A stretch of DNA of 64,000 bases from Candidatus Shapirobacteria bacterium (GTDB lineage: Bacteria > Patescibacteriota > Microgenomatia > UBA12405). How positions within the stretch are numbered: position 1 is the first letter of the stretch; every line of letters begins with the position of its first letter. The position numbers were made by a program, and so were the translations under genes. Where the stretch lies: the NCBI GenBank assembly GCA_041663285.1, contig JBAZSP010000001.1:7454-71453 (forward strand), in the 5' to 3' direction. Below are positions 57,293-64,000 of the stretch, piece by piece. The notes under the pieces are model-generated. The model saw only the letters and a program-made list of their open reading frames with translations. It was not told the origin of the DNA and ran no database searches.

Positions 57293-58159
57293 ATGGCTTC
57301 AGACAAATACACCGCCCTTTGGTTATCCCACACCTCCATCTCTGATTTTTTGGTTTGCCCCCGCTCGTATTATCTCAAAAACGTTTATCACGATCCGGCC
57401 AACAACCACAAGGTCAAGCTCATGTCGCCACCCTTAGCCTTAGGCCAGGCTGTCCACGAAGTTTTGGAATCGTTATCCATTTTACCCCAAAATATCCGGT
57501 TTAAAGACAATTTAGTGGAAAAATTCAGATCCAGCTGGAAAAAAGTAACCGGCCTAAGTGGTGGATTCACTGATTTTGCTTCGGAGGAAAAATATTTCCA
57601 AAAGGGCGAAGCCATGATTTCCCGGGTTGTCCAAAACCCCGGCCCCTTGGTTAATCAGGCTGTCAAAATAAACCAAGACCTACCCAAGTATTGGCTTTCC
57701 GAGGATGACAATATCATTTTATGCGGTAAGGTAGATTGGCTGGAATATTTTCCTCAAACTGATTCGGTCCATATTATCGACTTCAAAACTTCCAAAAGGA
57801 TAGAAAAAGCCGGCAGTCTTCAGCTACCAATTTATCATCTTTTAGTAAAAAACTGTCAAAAACGTTCGGTTTCTAAAGCCAGTTACTGGTATCTTAGCCT
57901 CTCCGATCAGCCACAGGAGCAGCCTTTACCCGACCCCGACGAATCCTCCCAAAAAATTCTAAAAATTGCCAAGCAGGTCAAGCTGGCCAGAAGCCTTCAG
58001 CGATTCGTTTGTCCTTATCAGGGTTGTAATGCCTGCCTGCCCTATGAGGCTATTATTCAGGGCAATGCCAAGCATGTCGGCATTGACTCTTACCACAACG
58101 ATGTTTATATTTTGCCTCCTCAACCGGCAGCCGAAACTCCCGACAGTATAATCCTTTAA
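57293..58159 (+). CDS. PD-(D/E)XK nuclease, Cas4/AddB-like
   Basis: LS.TS..DF..CPR.YY, G..VH..LE, GKVD, IIDFKT, QL..Y, C-terminal C....C..C. Confidence 0.9.
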   Translation: MASDKYTALWLSHTSISDFLVCPRSYYLKNVYHDPANNHKVKLMSPPLALGQAVHEVLESLSILPQNIRFKDNLVEKFRSSWKKVTGLSGGFTDFASEEKYFQKGEAMISRVVQNPGPLVNQAVKINQDLPKYWLSEDDNIILCGKVDWLEYFPQTDSVHIIDFKTSKRIEKAGSLQLPIYHLLVKNCQKRSVSKASYWYLSLSDQPQEQPLPDPDESSQKILKIAKQVKLARSLQRFVCPYQGCNACLPYEAIIQGNAKHVGIDSYHNDVYILPPQPAAETPDSIIL

Positions 58160-58903
58160 ATGAATTCCGTCCGCTTAAATAAGTTTTTAGCCGCCGCCGG
58201 TATCAGCTCCCGCCGCCATGCCGATAGCCTGATTAACGCCGGTAAAATCACCGTCAATAATCTACCAGCTCGCCTGGGTGACAAAATTGATCCCGCCAAA
58301 GACATCGTTAAGTTTGGTAACCAGGAAGTTAAGCCCGGCCCCGGCAAACATTACTACTTGCTCCACAAACCGGTAGGGGTGCTGTCCGCTTCGTCCGATG
58401 ATCGGCACCGGTCTACAGTCGTTGGACTGATTAATTCACCTGTTCGGCTTTTCCCTGTCGGCCGGCTGGACAAGGACACTACCGGCTTGATAATTTTAAC
58501 CAACGATGGTGATTTTGCCCTAAAACTTACCCACCCTCGTTACCACTTGCCCAAAACCTATTTGGTTACCGTCAAAGGTCGTCTGCCGGCCTCCAAGCTT
58601 TCCCGGCTTAACCATCCGTTTCTTTTGGAAACCGGTCCCACCCAACCAGCTCAGGCAACCATCGTTTCCCGTCAGCCCGATACTACCACTTTAAAAATTA
58701 TCTTACACGAGGGCAAAAACCGCCAAATCCGCCGGATGCTTTCCGCTTGTCGGCTTCATCTTCAGGCGTTACAAAGAATCAGTATCGGGCCGCTTAGCCT
58801 GGGGAATCTTCTGCCCGGCCATTTTCGTCCGCTTACTCCCAAAGAAGTTTGTTTATTACTCCAATTATGTAGTAATATAAATCATGACACCGCCAAAAGA
58901 TAA
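58160..58903 (+). CDS. rRNA pseudouridine synthase (RsuA/RluB family)
   Basis: S4 domain, HKP.G, GRLD..T.GL..LTNDG, EGKNRQIRRM. Confidence 0.95.
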   Translation: MNSVRLNKFLAAAGISSRRHADSLINAGKITVNNLPARLGDKIDPAKDIVKFGNQEVKPGPGKHYYLLHKPVGVLSASSDDRHRSTVVGLINSPVRLFPVGRLDKDTTGLIILTNDGDFALKLTHPRYHLPKTYLVTVKGRLPASKLSRLNHPFLLETGPTQPAQATIVSRQPDTTTLKIILHEGKNRQIRRMLSACRLHLQALQRISIGPLSLGNLLPGHFRPLTPKEVCLLLQLCSNINHDTAKR

Positions 58904-59048
58904 AAATTCCTTTCTTATACTTTTGCTGGCCTGTGTCATCTTGTTCGCTTCTTTTATCGTCAACTACACTTCCTTCTTCGACGACGATTATTTCACCGCT
59001 GTCGATTCATTGGAAGAAGTCTCTCCCAAGATGATGCTCGGCCAATAA
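58884..59048 (+). CDS. Small single-TM protein (54 aa)
   Basis: Below the ORF-track cutoff; MTPPKDKNSFLILLLACVILFASFIVNY...MMLGQ, stop directly followed by a terminator. Confidence 0.55.
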   Translation: MTPPKDKNSFLILLLACVILFASFIVNYTSFFDDDYFTAVDSLEEVSPKMMLGQ

Positions 59049-59076
59049 AAAATGGCAGCCGAAGCTGCCATTTTTT
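59047..59076. terminator. Bidirectional intrinsic terminator
   Basis: AAAAAATGGCAGC-cgaa-GCTGCCATTTTTT between convergent genes. Confidence 0.88.
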
Positions 59077-59091
59077 CAGTTTTCTTATTTT

Positions 59092-59511
59092 CTACTTTGC
59101 TGATCTGAGCGGTATTTCTTTGGCCTTAGCCTCTTCGGCGACTTTCGCTTTTACCGTCACTATGCCGTCTTTTATTTCGGCATCGACCGACTTACTATCA
59201 ATCGGTTTAGGCAGCCGGCTAGCATAGTCAAAACTGGCTACTTTTGACCATTGATGTATGGTCCTGCCTCTTTTTTTGGTTTCTTCGCCCTCTTCCATCC
59301 TGGCGGTAATCCGGAGCACCCCACCCTCATAAGTTACTTTAACTTTATCGGCTGGTACACCGGGGACTGAAGCCTGCACCACCACCATATTATCTTCTTC
59401 AAAAACATTCAATCCCTGATTAATTTTTAACTCCGGCCATTCATCTTCGTCCATCCACAACGACTTAAATGGGAATGAATCCATAAGCGGTCTGAAAGGT
59501 AAATATTTCAT
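59092..59511 (-). CDS. Hsp20/alpha-crystallin small heat-shock protein
   Basis: Start refined to MKYLP; VPGV...V.V....GVL.I, LP...D....A...DGIVTV. Confidence 0.92.
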   Translation of the reverse strand: MKYLPFRPLMDSFPFKSLWMDEDEWPELKINQGLNVFEEDNMVVVQASVPGVPADKVKVTYEGGVLRITARMEEGEETKKRGRTIHQWSKVASFDYASRLPKPIDSKSVDAEIKDGIVTVKAKVAEEAKAKEIPLRSAK

Positions 59512-59533
59512 CAGTGTGATTAAACTGTTAACA

Positions 59534-59583
59534 CAAGCAGTATAGAATAAAGACTGCGAGCAAGTCAAGTGGGTAAGTGCTAA
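59534..59583 (-). promoter_or_regulatory. hsp20 promoter with degenerate CIRCE-like operators
   Basis: TTGACT (59568-59563)-N18-TATACT (59544-59539); TTAGCACT half-site at 59583-59576 and GCAGT-N11-ACTGC over the -10. Confidence 0.5.
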
Positions 59584-60866
59584 TTAACCTTTTCCCATCC
59601 TTCCAAAACCAACTCCCCAAATCTTTTGTCTGTAACCTGGCTATAACCCAGTTGGGTCAAATTAACCCGGTAATTATTGCCAAAAATCTCGACCCCGTAG
59701 GGGACCACCTTTATCATTTTTTCCTGGCCATCGATCTGTTCAAAATCTGCTACCTGGATTTCTGGATCATAATACTTTATCGGATCGGAAAACGATTTAA
59801 TCATGTACACTCTATCATCAAGTTCCGATGCCAGCCCTCTCCAATTCTCCCGGTGATATTTTGGGTTAAAAAGGTATACCAGCGAACATATCAAAAATAT
59901 AGCCAGCACCAATCTTTTTAATTTGCTTCGGGCAATTAGTAGGCAATATATTGGCAAAACATATAGAAATCTAAAATAACTTAAAAGCGGTACCCGCCAC
60001 GATACCATCCAACCCAAAATTATCGGTAATATTAATAGCCAAAGCCATTCTTTCCTTTTTATACTCCCAGGTATTGCCGCCAATGCTGTCATCCCGACCG
60101 CGCCCGTTGCCACTAGCCAGTAAGCCCATTTGGGGTAAAAACTAATTCGGCCGATGGTAAATTTTATCGGGACCAACAAAAGGTTTTTCAAATCGGCTTT
60201 ACCCAGAATTTGCCCCCAGCTACTTATAATTCTTACCTGTTGAGCCGAATTATTTAGCTGTAAAAGTAAAAGCGGTAAAGTAGCCGCGACTCCTATCCCA
60301 GTCCCAATTGACAAAACGGCTGCCTGCCGGTATTGCTTTTTTACTAGGCTTATAATTCCCAAACCGGCAATAAAAAAAATCGCTCCATAAAAAGTCCACC
60401 AGGCCAAAACCAAAAAAAACACCGATTTAATAACGTTATTTTTAAGCCAATAACGCCAGCCGATTATCAAAAACATAGTAACCATGGCATACATCCGGTT
60501 TTCCTGGCTGTAGTACACCAATAGGGGATTGGCCGCCAGAAGCATTGCCGCCCACCATCCCAAATGTGGCTTCTTCTGATCTTCACCGATTTTATAAACA
60601 GTCCAGACGGTAACCACTCCTGCCAATACCGACATTAGCCTCATCGTTACTTCGCCGCTGCCCCATATTTGGCTCCAAAGTTTGAGCATCCAATAAAAAA
60701 GCGGTGGGTGAAAATCAGTAGGACCGAATTTTAAAACAATATCCCCAAAACTCAGATTTTTTACTACGTTTGCCGAAATCGCCTCATCCAGCCAAAACGA
60801 TTGATTCAAAGCAATTAACCTAATCCCTAAGGCTAAAACCACCGGAATTATCCAGGGCCAGCGCAT
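59580..60866 (-). CDS. GT-C (PMT-like) membrane glycosyltransferase
   Basis: Start refined to MRWPW; SFWLDEA, HPPLFY, R..S, YYSQE.RMY. Confidence 0.9.
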   Translation of the reverse strand: MRWPWIIPVVLALGIRLIALNQSFWLDEAISANVVKNLSFGDIVLKFGPTDFHPPLFYWMLKLWSQIWGSGEVTMRLMSVLAGVVTVWTVYKIGEDQKKPHLGWWAAMLLAANPLLVYYSQENRMYAMVTMFLIIGWRYWLKNNVIKSVFFLVLAWWTFYGAIFFIAGLGIISLVKKQYRQAAVLSIGTGIGVAATLPLLLLQLNNSAQQVRIISSWGQILGKADLKNLLLVPIKFTIGRISFYPKWAYWLVATGAVGMTALAAIPGSIKRKEWLWLLILPIILGWMVSWRVPLLSYFRFLYVLPIYCLLIARSKLKRLVLAIFLICSLVYLFNPKYHRENWRGLASELDDRVYMIKSFSDPIKYYDPEIQVADFEQIDGQEKMIKVVPYGVEIFGNNYRVNLTQLGYSQVTDKRFGELVLEGWEKVN

Positions 60867-60908
60867 GCTAATATTAAAATAACGTTTTTTCTTCACCTCT
60901 CTATTCTA

Positions 60909-62066
60909 ATGGATAAAAAAGCATTTATAATCATTTTCCTGATTGTAGTTACCGACATCATCGGATTCGGTATTTTTATCCCTCTGATGCCCGTTATTTC
61001 CGACACCTTCTCCACCTATGGCTTCAAGCTTGGCCTGCTTATGTCATCCTACTCCATCGCTCAATACGTTGCTGCTCCCCTTCTTGGCTCAATGTCCGAC
61101 AAGTATGGCCGACGCCCGGTGTTGCTGATTAGCAAGTTGGGCACCATTTTTGCCTATCTAATTTTTGCCTTTTCCCGCAGTTATTACCTGTTGCTTTTTT
61201 CTCGACTGGTCGATGGCTTTACCGGTGGCAATATTTCTGCCGCCAGGGCTTATATTAGCGATATCACCGATGCCAAAAGCCGCCCCAAAGGCATGGCCTT
61301 AATCGGAATTGCTTTTGGGCTTGGTTTTATAATCGGTCCGGCTTTCGGCGGTTTCTTTTTTAGCCTGGGTAATCAGCTCCGTTACCCGGCCTTGGCCGCC
61401 GCCGGCCTAAGCCTCATTTCCTTTGTCCTTACCTGGTTTTTTCTCCATGAACCTATCAAAACTACTACTACCGCTGCGGTCTTTCGTCTGCCCAGGCTAA
61501 CTGATCTTCTCAAAAAAGATCCTATAAGTCGGATCATGTTGGTTCAGCTTCTTTATATGATCTGCCTTTCCGGTTTCCAATCCACCTTTTCCATTTTTAC
61601 CGCCAAAATTCTTGGCTATAGTGTTGAGCAAAATTCCAGTCTTTTTATTTACATGGGCATTATTACCCTGGCCATTCAGGGCTTTATTGCCAAAAAAGGC
61701 GGCCACCGGGTTAACTATCTTTCCGGGATTGGCTTAATCCTGGCCGCAACCGGCCTTAGCCTGTTAGTTGTGGCTCAAAATTTTTATTTTGTTTTGATCT
61801 CTTTGGGGTTGACTTTAACCGGTGCCAGCATGGTCAACGTTTTTCTACCTTCGGTTTTACTCAATTCAGCTTCCTCTTCGGAAGGTCGTCTAATGGGTAC
61901 ATACGAAGGCTTCAGTAGTCTCGCCAGAATTATTGGGCCTATCGTAGCCGGTACCCTAATTCTTACCATCCCCAAACCGGTCTACCTTTTAAGCGCACTT
62001 ATCCTATTCCTTTCGGTTAAGTTGGTCCCGCACCGTGCCCTAACCCGCCAAACCTTAAAACCGTAA
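60909..62066 (+). CDS. MFS transporter (TetA/DHA1-like)
   Basis: GSMSDKYGRRPV, AYISD, G.GFIIGP..GG, about 12 TM. Confidence 0.92.
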   Translation: MDKKAFIIIFLIVVTDIIGFGIFIPLMPVISDTFSTYGFKLGLLMSSYSIAQYVAAPLLGSMSDKYGRRPVLLISKLGTIFAYLIFAFSRSYYLLLFSRLVDGFTGGNISAARAYISDITDAKSRPKGMALIGIAFGLGFIIGPAFGGFFFSLGNQLRYPALAAAGLSLISFVLTWFFLHEPIKTTTTAAVFRLPRLTDLLKKDPISRIMLVQLLYMICLSGFQSTFSIFTAKILGYSVEQNSSLFIYMGIITLAIQGFIAKKGGHRVNYLSGIGLILAATGLSLLVVAQNFYFVLISLGLTLTGASMVNVFLPSVLLNSASSSEGRLMGTYEGFSSLARIIGPIVAGTLILTIPKPVYLLSALILFLSVKLVPHRALTRQTLKP

Positions 62067-62192
62067 AATCCCCAGGCCGATTAACCCGGTCACGATCAGA
62101 TAAATTGCTACCAGCGTTGACAATAATTTAGGATTCATCAAAATCAAAATCCCAAATATCAGCGACATCAGGGGGCTTATATTTCTTAGCAT
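62055..62192 (-). CDS. Small membrane protein, DUF3096-like (45 aa)
   Basis: Below the ORF-track cutoff; MLRNISPLMSLIFGILILMNPKLLSTLVAIYLIVTGLIGLGILRF. Confidence 0.7.
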   Translation of the reverse strand: MLRNISPLMSLIFGILILMNPKLLSTLVAIYLIVTGLIGLGILRF

Positions 62193-62283
62193 AATTAAAT
62201 TTTACTCCCAAAAAACATCTTTGTCCCGCTTGACTTTACCGCCTCTTCTTTTTATTATTAACTACTACCAAAGAAAACCCGAA

Positions 62284-63489
62284 ATGACTAATTCAGGTGA
62301 ACCACTAGCCGCTGCACTTCGCCCTAAAACGTTGGAGGATTTCATCGGTCAGCAGCACCTTGTCGGCCCGGGCAAACCTCTGCGGGTGGCCATCGAAAAC
62401 AAAAGTATTTTTTCCATGATATTTTGGGGGCCGCCCGGAACCGGCAAGACCACATTGGCCCGCATTTTGGCCAAAGCTTGCGGCATGGAAATCTATGAGT
62501 TATCGGCCGTTTCGGCAGGCAAAGATGACGTTCGCAAAATCATAAGCTCTACCTCCATCGGGCTTTACAAAAAGGTCTTGTTTTTAGACGAGATCCATCG
62601 TTTCAACAAAGCCCAGCAGGACTACCTACTGCCTTTTGTCGAGTCGGGTTCTTTGGTTCTTATCGGTGCCACCACCGAGAATCCCTCTTTCGAAGTTATT
62701 GCCCCGCTGCTTTCCCGTTGTCGGGTATTTGTTTTTCATGAACTTGCTGCTGTCGAAATGGATGAAGTTATCAGCCGCACACTTAACGTCATCGACAGAA
62801 ACAGTGCAACCAAGCAATCTCTTAAAATGGACAAAAAATCCCGCGACTGGCTTATCAATCTAGCCAACGGTGATGCCCGCCAAGCTATCACCATGATCGA
62901 TAATGCCCATACTCTTTATGGCAATCTGAAAATCGAATCCCTCAAGAACGCTCTGCAAAACAGTTTTTTGCGCTTCGACAAAAAGGGCGAAGAGCACTAC
63001 AACACTATTAGCTCATTAATTAAATGTATGAGGGCTTCAAACGTAGACGCCGCCTTGTATTATTTAGCCCGATTAGTTGATGCAGGGGAAGACCCGAAGT
63101 TTATTGCTCGCCGAATGGTGGTTTTTGCCTCTGAAGATATTGGTTTGGCCAACACCTCCGCTCTCCTTGTTGCCAACGCTGTTTTTAGAGCCGTTGAAAC
63201 TATTGGTTATCCCGAATGTCAGGAAAATCTGGCTCATGGTGTGGCCTACCTAGCCCGTAGCCCAAAGGATCGCTCAGCCTATGAAGCTTTTATGGCCGCT
63301 CTGGCTGACGTTAAAACCTATGGCAATTTACCTATTCCAATGAATTTAAGAAACGCCCCGACCAAGCTAATGAAGGAGGTGGGGTATGGAAAAGGATATG
63401 AAATGTATACGGATGAAGATTTATTGCCAGAGAAGTTGAGAGGGAAAAAGTATTTTGTTACGGTTAAAAATATCAATGACAAGAAGTGA
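62284..63489 (+). CDS. rarA: Replication-associated recombination protein A
   Basis: Start refined to ATG 62284; [38 protein letters not shown]. Confidence 0.96.
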   Translation: MTNSGEPLAAALRPKTLEDFIGQQHLVGPGKPLRVAIENKSIFSMIFWGPPGTGKTTLARILAKACGMEIYELSAVSAGKDDVRKIISSTSIGLYKKVLFLDEIHRFNKAQQDYLLPFVESGSLVLIGATTENPSFEVIAPLLSRCRVFVFHELAAVEMDEVISRTLNVIDRNSATKQSLKMDKKSRDWLINLANGDARQAITMIDNAHTLYGNLKIESLKNALQNSFLRFDKKGEEHYNTISSLIKCMRASNVDAALYYLARLVDAGEDPKFIARRMVVFASEDIGLANTSALLVANAVFRAVETIGYPECQENLAHGVAYLARSPKDRSAYEAFMAALADVKTYGNLPIPMNLRNAPTKLMKEVGYGKGYEMYTDEDLLPEKLRGKKYFVTVKNINDKK

Positions 63490-63563
63490 TTACCGGGAGT
63501 TTTTTCTAAAAGCTTATGTCATCATTAAAAATTACATAATTTACAATTCTCTAACCCGAAACC

Positions 63564-64000
63564 ATGACAAGCTCTTCGTCAACTAATATCGATTTGAAAT
63601 TTTTAAAACAAGCTGTTAATCAGGCAAAAAAGTCATTAAAGCTTGGCGGTTTCCCGGCCGGGACAGTCTTGGTAAAAGATGGCAAAGTTATTTCTTTGGG
63701 TGTTAGCCTTGGGTTTAAACTTCATGATCCTACCAGCCACTCCGACACATCATCTATTAGAATTGCCTGCCAAAAATTAAAAACTACCAACCTTACTGGA
63801 GCCACCATTTACACCACTCTTCAACCTTGTCTTATGTGCTTTTCCGTTGCGGGTTGGGCTAATATCAAAAAAATAATTTACGGCTGCCAAAAAACTAGTG
63901 ACTTGGTTCAAAAAGGATATTACGAAGGCTCAGCCGATATTAACAAAATTAATGATCAAAATAATCAAAAAATTGAGCTAATGTATATTCCCGACTACGA
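63564..64000 (+). CDS. Nucleoside deaminase-family protein, runs off the window edge
   Basis: Not in ORF track; hand translation FPAGTVLVKDG...DPTSHSD...TTLQPCLMC. Confidence 0.85.
   Translation, partial: MTSSSSTNIDLKFLKQAVNQAKKSLKLGGFPAGTVLVKDGKVISLGVSLGFKLHDPTSHSDTSSIRIACQKLKTTNLTGATIYTTLQPCLMCFSVAGWANIKKIIYGCQKTSDLVQKGYYEGSADINKINDQNNQKIELMYIPDY

Noticed and set aside
57293-58159. CRISPR-Cas locus around the Cas4-like gene
   Set aside because: No repeat-spacer array or other cas genes were found in the window.
1-64000. tRNA, rRNA, prophage or integrase genes
   Set aside because: No cloverleaf or T-loop signatures in the spacers and no phage or integrase motifs were recognised by eye; a covariance-model scan would be needed to exclude small RNAs.

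Overview
A gene-dense 64 kb bacterial chromosome segment whose style (short intergenic spacers, few Shine-Dalgarno sites, Pro/Thr-rich surface proteins, type IV pilus cluster, salvage enzymes) suggests a Patescibacteria/CPR genome of the Microgenomates type; the lineage is inferred, not confirmed. It holds glycosylation genes, an OmpR-family two-component system with a MacAB-like exporter, a PAS/kinase/receiver cassette ahead of a type IV pilus cluster and an integrin-alpha-like adhesin, purine and queuosine genes (queA, apt, mtnP), an alpha-2-macroglobulin, and repair genes (dinB, DEDD and Cas4-like nucleases, SRAP, rarA). The standout is a compact retron on the minus strand: a 291-aa RT (NAxxH, YADD, VTG) behind a 139-nt msr-msd ncRNA with perfect 14-bp a1/a2 arms and an 18-bp msd hairpin, with no recognisable effector. 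Also notable are four OmpR-type direct-repeat boxes, one driving a candidate sRNA, a ~125-bp IS200/IS605-like non-autonomous element, and signs of widespread leaderless translation. No rRNA, tRNA or CRISPR array was seen. All family assignments come from motif recognition, not database searches.
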